A stretch of DNA of 64,000 nt, from positions 15,995-79,994 of the forward strand of contig JAAYSS010000065.1 in the NCBI GenBank assembly GCA_012518275.1, read 5' to 3'. The translations under genes were made by a program, and so were the position numbers. Source of the DNA: Bacteroidales bacterium. Its GTDB lineage: Bacteria > Bacteroidota > Bacteroidia > Bacteroidales > Paludibacteraceae. Positions 19,566 through 27,394 of the stretch are shown in pieces. The notes beneath the pieces are model-generated. The model saw only the letters and a list, made by a program, of their open reading frames with translations. It did not search any database and was not told the origin of the DNA. The stretch's first letter is position 1. Each line of letters opens with the position of its first letter.

Positions 19566-20531
19566 ATGATAAGAAAAGAAAAAAAACGTGCACCGAGAAA
19601 TCAAACGCTGACTTTGACCGATGAAGAACGGAAAGAGTTGGCGTTGAATCTTTTTATTCCAAATGAAGGTAATCCGCTGAAAATAAAAGAAATATTAAAT
19701 AAAACGATTCTTTCTGACTTATTTGATATAATTGATTTTCTGCCGGAAGCATTTGCTGATTTAATTATCATTGACCCGCCGTACAACCTGAGCCGTGATT
19801 TTCACGGATTCAAATTCAAAGCAATCAGCCATGATGCCTACCTTGAATACCTTCGTTCTTGGTTCCCACAAATTGTGAAATGCTTGAAACCCAACGGTTC
19901 GCTTTATATTTGTGGTGACTGGAAAAACACATCTGCACTTCATCAGATAATGAGTGAACATCTTACCGTAATGAATCGGATTACTTGGCAGCGAGAAAAG
20001 GGGCGCGGTGCCAAGTCTAATTGGAAAAACGCGATGGAAGATATTTGGTTTGGCGTGAAAAATCCGGATAATTATTATTTTGATGTGGAAGCAGTAATGA
20101 TGAAACGACGAGTTATTGCACCTTACAGAAAAGATGGCAAGCCGAAAGATTGGGAAGAAACAGATGAAGGAAATTTTCGCATCACGCACCCATCCAACTT
20201 CTGGGATGATATCAGCATTCCTTTTTGGTCGATGCCTGAAAATACCGATCATCCCACGCAAAAACCGGAAAAACTAATTGCCAAGCTCATTCTTGCTAGT
20301 TCGCCGGAAGGTGCTCTGGTTTTTGACCCGTTCCTTGGGTCGGGGACAACTTCGGTTGTGGCTAAAAAACTGAAAAGAAATTTTGTAGGCATTGAAATGA
20401 ATAGAGAATATGCACTTTGGGCTGAGAAAAGATTACAGAGATGTGAGCAATTCCCTGAGATTCAAGGTTATCATGACAATGTATTTTGGGAGAGAAATAC
20501 ATTAAAATATCAAAAGTCAAAGTCGGATTGA
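19566..20531 (+). CDS. beta-class DNA methyltransferase (YhdJ-like, probably N6-adenine), orphan
   Basis: 321 aa. Motif IV IIIDPPYNL lies N-terminal to HPTQKPEKLIAKLILASS and motif I FDPFLGSGTTSVVA, giving beta-class order. No nuclease gene is adjacent. Confidence 0.85.
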   Translation: MIRKEKKRAPRNQTLTLTDEERKELALNLFIPNEGNPLKIKEILNKTILSDLFDIIDFLPEAFADLIIIDPPYNLSRDFHGFKFKAISHDAYLEYLRSWFPQIVKCLKPNGSLYICGDWKNTSALHQIMSEHLTVMNRITWQREKGRGAKSNWKNAMEDIWFGVKNPDNYYFDVEAVMMKRRVIAPYRKDGKPKDWEETDEGNFRITHPSNFWDDISIPFWSMPENTDHPTQKPEKLIAKLILASSPEGALVFDPFLGSGTTSVVAKKLKRNFVGIEMNREYALWAEKRLQRCEQFPEIQGYHDNVFWERNTLKYQKSKSD

Positions 20532-20554
20532 TTCGTTAATCTCTGTAATAAAAA

Positions 20555-21034
20555 ATGAAAAGTTTCGTTTTTATTAAAAAACTTGACTTTTTGAAATTAA
20601 TCCGATACATACCACTTGTTTTTTTAATTCTCCTTTTAAGTTGCGAAAATGATGAACAGAGAAGAATTCCGGATGTCCCTGTTTATTTAGAACTCGACTT
20701 GACAGGCAGATATAGCACCTTTCGAAATCCTTACGACACAGTGGTTTACGAGCGTTCGCAGATTGTAAAGGACTACGTCGGTTTTGGCGGGATATTGGTC
20801 AATATCGGCTACGATGGAAACTACTACGCCTACGACCTTGCCTGCCCTTACGAAGTAAATCCAAGCATCCGTATTTATCCCGATGAAAGCGGAATAAAAG
20901 CTGTTTGCAGAAGTTGCGGGTCAGAATTTGAGATTTGGAACGGCACGGGAATGGTCTCAAAATCACCTTCCAAATGGAATTTGAAAAGGTATCAAACTTA
21001 CGTACTCGATGGAATTTTGTATGTAACCAGATAG
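20555..21034 (+). CDS. lipoprotein with degenerate Rieske-like fold
   Basis: 159 aa. Lipobox LLLSC. The C-terminal half aligns by eye with Rieske ferredoxins, but CxH/CxxH is replaced by CPY/CRSC. Confidence 0.55.
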   Translation: MKSFVFIKKLDFLKLIRYIPLVFLILLLSCENDEQRRIPDVPVYLELDLTGRYSTFRNPYDTVVYERSQIVKDYVGFGGILVNIGYDGNYYAYDLACPYEVNPSIRIYPDESGIKAVCRSCGSEFEIWNGTGMVSKSPSKWNLKRYQTYVLDGILYVTR

Positions 21035-21043
21035 TCGAAAACT

Positions 21044-22132
21044 TCACCACTTTTTGTTTTTCCTTCCAAAAACAGCACATCCTGCCGTAAGAAGCACATA
21101 AAAAGGATAAATAAATGAAAAAAGCAGGCTGTTTGTGAGTACGTTTTTCAAATTAAAAAATGATTGGATTGTTCTGAAAAACATCAAATCCACAATCCAT
21201 TTAGATACAAAAAGTGCTAGGGACAAGTATAAAAAACGGACATTTACGAAAGCAAGAACCAAGTTTAGCACTATTAAAAAGCAAATGGCGAAAACAGATA
21301 TTGCCGTGAAAGCAAATTGAAAATCTTTGAAAGCAGACAGCTTGGAAACCCACCTTTTTCGTTGTTTGAAAAATGATATTACGCTTCTCGAAGGACGCGT
21401 AACCACCATAGCATCAGTCGATTTTAAGAAACGAATAACACCTTTTCGCCTTTTAATACTTTGAAGCAGGAAAATATCATCACCGCTTGGTTCATCAAAA
21501 TGCAATTCTGATTCGCTCATCAGCCACGCATCACGCCTGAACGCTAAATTAGCGCCGTTGCACAGAATCGGCTTTCCGGCACCGACCGCCCCGACGCCTG
21601 ACGCCACCAAGCTGGCAAACTCAAACTGTTCGAAATGACCGATAAACGCATTGCTTTCGCCCGTTTTTACAGGACAGATAATCAAATCGGAAGGGTTTTT
21701 TTCGTAAAATAGAACGATGGTTCTCAGCCAGTCGGACGATGGAATAGAATCTGCATCTAACGTGATAATCAATTCGTTTTCAGATAGATAAATACCTGTG
21801 TAGATGGCGCTTTTCTTGCCTGAGCCTATGCTTTTTCTTGCTTTTAATGTCGGCCAATAAAGGCTTACTCTTACGGCAAACTCGTATGAACCATCTATCG
21901 AGTTGTCGTCCACCACGATAAGCTCAAAATTGCGATAACTCTGCTCGTTGATTGCTTTGAAAAGTTGTGGAAGATTGTCAACTTCGTTTTTGCAAGGCGT
22001 GATAATGGTAACTCGGGTTTGCAGTTCAGACTTTTCTGCCTTGAAAAAAGGAATAGTGTTCCAGCCTTTGATAAATTTAATTATCAAAAACGAGTAAACA
22101 AATAGAATTATTAAAGAAATCAAGACTGTCAT
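21044..22132 (-). CDS. family 2 glycosyltransferase with C-terminal membrane domain
   Basis: 362 aa. GT-A signature VTIITPCKNE...ELIVVDDNSIDGS, a DAD motif (TLDADS), and C-terminal hydrophobic helices. Confidence 0.8.
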   Translation of the reverse strand: MTVLISLIILFVYSFLIIKFIKGWNTIPFFKAEKSELQTRVTIITPCKNEVDNLPQLFKAINEQSYRNFELIVVDDNSIDGSYEFAVRVSLYWPTLKARKSIGSGKKSAIYTGIYLSENELIITLDADSIPSSDWLRTIVLFYEKNPSDLIICPVKTGESNAFIGHFEQFEFASLVASGVGAVGAGKPILCNGANLAFRRDAWLMSESELHFDEPSGDDIFLLQSIKRRKGVIRFLKSTDAMVVTRPSRSVISFFKQRKRWVSKLSAFKDFQFAFTAISVFAICFLIVLNLVLAFVNVRFLYLSLALFVSKWIVDLMFFRTIQSFFNLKNVLTNSLLFSFIYPFYVLLTAGCAVFGRKNKKW

Positions 22133-22154
22133 TTCAAATTTTTTACAGACACTT

Positions 22155-22994
22155 TCACTCCACTTCCACGTGCTCCGCTACAATATCATCAGCCAAAAAT
22201 ATGGAAGCTGACGATGAAAATTTCTCGGGATTTTCGGTGGTTAAATAGCGTGTTCTGCCGTTTTTAGAGCATTTTTCGTCTATTTCAGGATGCCTGTGAA
22301 GATAGTCCGCCAAGCTCTTCGCCACGATTTCACCTTGCGAGATTACTGTTACGTTCGTCGGCAGTTCCTTTTCTATTTTCGATTTCAAAAGCGGATAGTG
22401 CGTGCATCCCAAAATCACGGTGTCAATTTTCGAATCGGCGCTCATTAGGTTTTTTGTGTGTTTTTTTACAAAAAAATCAGCTCCTGCGTCCAAATGCTCG
22501 TTGTTTTCAATAAGCGGAACCCACATCGGACACGCTTCAGAAACCACTTTTATTTCAGGAAATAATTTCTGAATCTCGAGTGGATAAGAATTTGATTTCA
22601 CTGTTCCTTCCGTTCCGAAAAGCCCGATGTGATTGGTTTTCGTGTATTTCCCAATCTCTTCGGCAGTGGGGCGGATTACGCCGAGCACTCGACGCAAAGG
22701 GTCAATCTTCGGTAGATCATTTTGCTGTATCGTCCGTAAAGCCTTTGCTGATGCCGTGTTACATGCTAAAATCACCAAGTGGCATCCTTGCCTGAAAAGA
22801 TACTCCACGCATTGGAGCGTGAATTTGTAAACAACATCGTACGATCGTGTACCATATGGCGTTCTGGCATTATCTCCCAAGTATAAAAAATCATACTCAG
22901 GCAACTCTTTTCTAATTTTATCCAAAATGGTCAGTCCGCCGTAGCCAGAGTCAAAAATACCGATAGGCGATGCGGTAAACGAGATTTTACTCAT
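22155..22994 (-). CDS. murI: glutamate racemase
   Basis: Motifs DSGYGGLT, ACNTAS and GCTHYP. I prefer the ATG at 22994 (MSKISF...) to the hydrophobic 28-codon extension in the ORF track. Confidence 0.9.
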   Translation of the reverse strand: MSKISFTASPIGIFDSGYGGLTILDKIRKELPEYDFLYLGDNARTPYGTRSYDVVYKFTLQCVEYLFRQGCHLVILACNTASAKALRTIQQNDLPKIDPLRRVLGVIRPTAEEIGKYTKTNHIGLFGTEGTVKSNSYPLEIQKLFPEIKVVSEACPMWVPLIENNEHLDAGADFFVKKHTKNLMSADSKIDTVILGCTHYPLLKSKIEKELPTNVTVISQGEIVAKSLADYLHRHPEIDEKCSKNGRTRYLTTENPEKFSSSASIFLADDIVAEHVEVE

Positions 22995-23006
22995 AATGAA
23001 AATACA

Positions 23007-23014
23007 GATTAATA
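23007..23014 (-). promoter_or_regulatory. -7 promoter motif upstream of murI
   Basis: TACTTTTG on the minus strand, 12 nt before the ATG at 22994. This supports the shorter murI start. Confidence 0.4.
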
Positions 23015-23295
23015 AACAAAAGTATGTTATTTTTTTCAAAATGAAAAATATACAGAAAAAGACGAACTTTGCTGCCAATTTGGCGTGTTATTTTTGGTTT
23101 TCCAAGAATAGATCTATCTGATTAAATTACAATAGGTAGCGTGCTCGATTGGATGTGTTTTGAGTTGTTTTTAACAACGCTAATTTTTAAAAACAAGACA
23201 AAATGACCGAACTGTTCAATTGGTATTTGTTTTGCAATAAATAGGGCGGAAACAATAATAAAAAATAACACTTAAAAAAAGAAAGGAAACAAATT

Positions 23296-23730
23296 ATGAC
23301 ACTAGTTAGATTTACAGGCAATCCATTGATTGACCGTTTTTTTGACACCGATTTATTTGATTGGACTTCAAGAAATTATTCAAAAACAAACACCACTTTA
23401 CCTTCGGTAAATGTGAAAGAAAATGACAACGAGTTCGGAATTGAAGTAGCCGCACCTGGTTTTGACAAAGACGATTTCAAAATTGAAGTGCACAATGACA
23501 CACTGACTATTTCTTCTGAAAAACAAGAAGAAGAAAAGGAATCAGACGAAAGCGCCTGCTACACGAAGCGTGAGTTTAGTTACCAGGCTTTCACACGTTC
23601 ATTTACACTTCCTGAGTCTGCCGATGGCGACAAGGTGGAAGCTGCTTACAAAAAGGGAATTCTTACGGTTACGATTCCGAAAAAGGAAGAAGCTAAACCG
23701 AAAGCTCCTAAAGTGATTGAAATTAAGTAA
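23296..23730 (+). CDS. Hsp20/alpha-crystallin small heat-shock protein
   Basis: 144 aa. Alpha-crystallin domain (PSVNVKENDNEFGIEVAAPGF...GILTVTIPKK). Confidence 0.9.
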   Translation: MTLVRFTGNPLIDRFFDTDLFDWTSRNYSKTNTTLPSVNVKENDNEFGIEVAAPGFDKDDFKIEVHNDTLTISSEKQEEEKESDESACYTKREFSYQAFTRSFTLPESADGDKVEAAYKKGILTVTIPKKEEAKPKAPKVIEIK

Positions 23731-23743
23731 ATAATAGCTCTAA

Positions 23744-23776
23744 AGTCTCTTCGTTTATGGGCGAAGAGACTTTTTT
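23744..23776 (+). terminator. rho-independent terminator after hsp20
   Basis: AGTCTCTTCG-loop-CGAAGAGACT followed by TTTTTT. Confidence 0.8.
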
Positions 23777-23800
23777 ATGCAATAAATTGTAATTTATTTC

Positions 23801-24097
23801 ATGCAGACTTTTCAAGAAATAATTAATTCAAACACACCGGTGTTAGTCGATTTTCACGCTACTTGGTGCGGACCTTGCAAAGCAATGGCACCTACAATTG
23901 AAACCATTGGGAGAGAAGTGCAAGGCAAGGCGCGCGTGTTAAAAATTGATGTAGACAAAAATCCTGCTGTGGCTGCCAAGTATCAGATTCAGTCCGTTCC
24001 GACATTAATGATTTTCAAAAACGGCAATATCGTTTGGCGCCAATCCGGTGGAATGGATAAGATGTATTTGAAGAATGTATTGATGGGGTTTGTTTAG
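23801..24097 (+). CDS. trxA: thioredoxin
   Basis: 98 aa. WCGPC active site and VPTLMIFKNG. Confidence 0.9.
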   Translation: MQTFQEIINSNTPVLVDFHATWCGPCKAMAPTIETIGREVQGKARVLKIDVDKNPAVAAKYQIQSVPTLMIFKNGNIVWRQSGGMDKMYLKNVLMGFV

Positions 24098-24335
24098 AAA
24101 TTCTAAAGCAAAAAAGTAAATGCCGATAAAGTCTTTGTACTTGTCGGTGGTTTGTGTTTTTTAAAAACTTAAGTTTGGATTTATTCCATTATTTTGTGTT
24201 GATTTTGAAACCGTTTTGACATCTATTTGTAAAATAGTACAAAAAAATCATCTTTTTTAAATCTTTTTTCATAAACCTTATTCCCTTATTGAAAAAATCA
24301 CTATCTTGCGGTTTCAATTAAAAAATAAACAATTT

Positions 24336-26099
24336 ATGAAACAATTTCTTAAATTCACATTAGCCACGATAGTTGGTATTATCATTACTTCGTTGATAGG
24401 TCTATTGATTTTTTTCGGTATAGTTGGTGCTTTTGCTGCATCGTCTGAAAAAAAGGTAAAAACATCACCTAACTCTGTCTATGAGTTGGAGCTGAAAGGC
24501 AATCTGATAGAACGTTCTAAGGATGATCCGTTTTCTTCGGTTTTCGCGAGCTCCATGGGGCAGTCGGCAGTTAAAACCATTGGTTTGGACGATGTCCTTG
24601 CCAATATCAAAAAAGCTAAAAATGACGACAACATCCTTGGCATTTACCTGAATGGTGGTATGTTGAGTGGTGGCTTTGCTTCGCTAAAGGAAATTCGTGA
24701 TGCGTTGGAAGATTTTAAAACTTCTGGAAAATTCATTGTAGCTTATGCCGATATGTATAGCCAAAAAAACTATTACTTGGCTTCGGTGGCCGACAAAATT
24801 TATCTCAATCCTATCGGAATGGTTGAGTTGCAAGGAATTGCAGCTAACTCGGCTTTTATTAAAAACACCCTTGACAAACTGGGAGTAGAAATGCAGGTGG
24901 TGAAAGTGGGGACTTTCAAATCAGCCGTAGAACCTTACATTCAGACTAAAATGAGTGATGCTAACAAAGAGCAAGTCAATGTGTTTGTTAGCTCGATTTG
25001 GAATAATATGCTTTCGGCAATTTCAAAATCACGTAATATTTCTACCGAGCAATTAAACCAATTAGCCGATGAAAACGTAACTTTCATGACTCCTGAAGCT
25101 ATTCTGGGACACAAATTGGTGGATTCGCTGACTTACGCTGATGGGATGAAAGATGTAATAAAAAAAATGGCAAAGCAGAAAGAGTCCAAAGATGTAAAAT
25201 ACCTATCACATTCTAAAATGAACAACGTGGCTGTTTCTGAAAAAATGAGAAAAGAGAAAATTGCCGTGATTTATGGTGTCGGAGGCATTGATATGCCAGA
25301 AAGGGATGGGATTGTTTCGGAAGATTTGGTAAAAACCATCCAAAAAGTGAAAGATGAAAAAACGGTTAAAGCTGTTGTGCTCCGAATCAACTCGGGCGGC
25401 GGCAGCGCTTACGGCTCCGAGCAGATTTGGCACGCAATTGAACAATTGAAAAAAGAAAAACCGGTGATTGTGTCAATGGGCGATTACGCAGCTTCAGGCG
25501 GATATTATATTGCTTGCGATGCAGATACTATTCTTGCTCAACCCAATACGCTGACAGGTTCTATCGGAATTTTTGGATTGATTCCCAATATCGATGGTTT
25601 GAATAAGAAAATAGGGTTGACGTACGACGGAGTGAAAACTAATAAACTCAGTGATGCTATAACCTACAATCGTGCTTTCACACCCGAAGAAAGGAATCTG
25701 ATGCAGAACTCAATAAATCGCGGTTATGAATTATTCACGAAACGGTGTGCAGATGGCAGGAGTATGCAAATCGATTCGCTTAAAGCCATTGCCGAAGGGC
25801 GTGTGTGGACCGGCGAAGACGCTAAACGACTTGGGTTGGTGGACGAACTCGGTGGGTTGAATGATGCCATTACTATTGCGGCGAAAAAAGCTGGACTGGA
25901 AAAATATTCGCTCAAATCATATCCAGAGAAAGAAGACTTTATGACCACGCTGCTTAAAGAGTTTAGTGGTGATGCAGAAGTGAAATTCCTGAAAAAATCG
26001 ATTGGGAACGAAAATTATCAAATCTTGAAACAAATCGAAGAAGCAAAATCGATGAACGGAATTTATGCGTTGATGCCAATGAGTTTTACATTTAATTAA
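24336..26099 (+). CDS. sppA: signal peptide peptidase SppA, 67K type
   Basis: The ATG at 24336 is preferred over the TTG at 24306. N-terminal TM helix; duplicated S49 domains (ADMYSQKNYYLAS and GDYAASGGYYIA). Confidence 0.88.
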   Translation: MKQFLKFTLATIVGIIITSLIGLLIFFGIVGAFAASSEKKVKTSPNSVYELELKGNLIERSKDDPFSSVFASSMGQSAVKTIGLDDVLANIKKAKNDDNILGIYLNGGMLSGGFASLKEIRDALEDFKTSGKFIVAYADMYSQKNYYLASVADKIYLNPIGMVELQGIAANSAFIKNTLDKLGVEMQVVKVGTFKSAVEPYIQTKMSDANKEQVNVFVSSIWNNMLSAISKSRNISTEQLNQLADENVTFMTPEAILGHKLVDSLTYADGMKDVIKKMAKQKESKDVKYLSHSKMNNVAVSEKMRKEKIAVIYGVGGIDMPERDGIVSEDLVKTIQKVKDEKTVKAVVLRINSGGGSAYGSEQIWHAIEQLKKEKPVIVSMGDYAASGGYYIACDADTILAQPNTLTGSIGIFGLIPNIDGLNKKIGLTYDGVKTNKLSDAITYNRAFTPEERNLMQNSINRGYELFTKRCADGRSMQIDSLKAIAEGRVWTGEDAKRLGLVDELGGLNDAITIAAKKAGLEKYSLKSYPEKEDFMTTLLKEFSGDAEVKFLKKSIGNENYQILKQIEEAKSMNGIYALMPMSFTFN

Positions 26100-26123
26100 A
26101 AAACACATCTCATAAAAGAACAA

Positions 26124-26167
26124 AGAGTGCGATTGGCAAAAGATTTCTTGCTAATCGCACTCTTTTT
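26124..26167. terminator. bidirectional terminator (sppA / radical SAM gene)
   Basis: AGAGTGCGATTGGCAA-loop-TTGCTAATCGCACTCT (one G-U pair), flanked by A-rich and T-rich runs. It lies between convergent genes. Confidence 0.8.
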
Positions 26168-26190
26168 GAAAAAAGCCAGAGTTCCAAATT

Positions 26191-27138
26191 TTATCTCTCC
26201 GTGCAATTCCTGCACATATCAAACTGCTTTCGGTTTTCTAAAATCTTTTTTCTGAAACGGTATGCCTTGGGGCTGTGCCACGATTTTTCAAAACTTTCGT
26301 TGTTCACGTTTCCAAATACGAACGAACTGTCTTTATCAAAACAGCAGGGAAGAACTTCGCCCCGTGAGTTAATCACAGCACCATTCCACAGTCTTTTGCA
26401 ACTGTTTCTCAAAGGTGATTTTATATGGTACTTTCCGTCAGTGCGAAGTTCGTATCGGGCATATTTTTTAAGGGTCGTAAGGAATGGATTCCCGTTTTCA
26501 AAATCATAAAGCTGGGCGCTTTTGAACGTCAGTTTGTCAACTTTCAGCTTTTTGGCGAGCCGTTTCATGTCGCCCATCTGGTGTTCGTTGGTTTTCAGCA
26601 CAATAAACTGAATTTCAACCAGCGGGGAAGCCGACCTTAATTCTTTTTTCCACTTTACAACAAGCTCAATCGCTTGAATTACTTTTTCCAGATTCCCGCC
26701 CACGCGGTAGGCTTCATATGTTTCCTGAGTAGTTCCATCCATTGAAATTATCAGCCTATCCAACCCCGATTCCACAATGTTTTTCGCTAATTCATCTGTA
26801 AGTAGCTGTGCATTTGTGGAAGTGGATGTAAGCAATTTTTTAGCGTGGGCATATTTTACCAAATCCACGAAATTTTTGCTAATTAGCGGTTCTCCTTGAA
26901 AATAGAGAATCACATGCGTCAAAGTCGGAGCAAGCTCGTCAAGCAGTCTTTTGGCAGTTTCTAAACTGAAATTTACCGCTTCAACCTGCTGTGTGCACAT
27001 CCCGACAGGACATTCAGGGCATTTCAAATTACAAATATTTATCGGTTCAATGGAAACAAACAGCGGTTTTATCTTCCACTTCGTGAGAACACCAAATGTG
27101 GATAACCGATATGAAAGCCACAATCTAAATGCATTCAT
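26191..27138 (-). CDS. radical SAM enzyme with SPASM/twitch-like C-terminal Cys domain
   Basis: CNLKCPEC (CxxxCxxC) cluster motif. C-terminal CKRLWNGAVINSRGEVLPCC (Cx13Gx4C) plus CRNC. The ATG at 27138 is preferred; the TTG at 27207 is possible. Confidence 0.8.
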   Translation of the reverse strand: MNAFRLWLSYRLSTFGVLTKWKIKPLFVSIEPINICNLKCPECPVGMCTQQVEAVNFSLETAKRLLDELAPTLTHVILYFQGEPLISKNFVDLVKYAHAKKLLTSTSTNAQLLTDELAKNIVESGLDRLIISMDGTTQETYEAYRVGGNLEKVIQAIELVVKWKKELRSASPLVEIQFIVLKTNEHQMGDMKRLAKKLKVDKLTFKSAQLYDFENGNPFLTTLKKYARYELRTDGKYHIKSPLRNSCKRLWNGAVINSRGEVLPCCFDKDSSFVFGNVNNESFEKSWHSPKAYRFRKKILENRKQFDMCRNCTER

Positions 27139-27394
27139 CAACTTTCTTGGTTGCGTGGAAACTTTAATAATCCTTAAAAAATAGTATAGCCGATTGATGT
27201 TTTTCAAGATGTTTTACTTCTTAAAAAGAATAACAAAGATAAAGGAAACTGAGCATTTAAAACGAAAAGCATTAAACATTTAACAAAAAACGGTTTCAAA
27301 TGTTAAAATATATTTTTGATACAATAAAAATGAGATATTATGGGTAATTTTGTCTAAGAGATTATCAAATAAATTAACATACAAGAAAGTCATT

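Noticed and set aside
19761-20261. Long antisense or alternative-frame ORFs inside confident genes: 19761-20261 in the methyltransferase; 30675-31145 in the PSP1 gene; 44493-44936 and 45736-46176 in mutS; 17209-17628 in the TPM gene; 51783-52196 in the metallophosphoesterase gene; 905-1306 in the acyl-CoA synthetase gene.
   Set aside because: Each lies wholly opposite a gene with clear family motifs. Their products are low-complexity or Cys/Arg/Phe-rich with no recognisable motifs. This is the expected shadow-ORF behaviour.
19566-21034. Possible restriction-modification pair, made up of the methyltransferase and the downstream 159-aa gene.
   Set aside because: The downstream protein has a lipoprotein signal peptide and a Rieske-like fold, which is not compatible with a cytoplasmic endonuclease.
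26100-27394. Search for a RiPP precursor peptide or partner gene flanking the radical SAM/SPASM-like gene.
   Set aside because: Neither flank contains a plausible short Cys/Gly/Ser-rich ORF with a start signal. The flanks are occupied by a terminator and a divergent promoter region.
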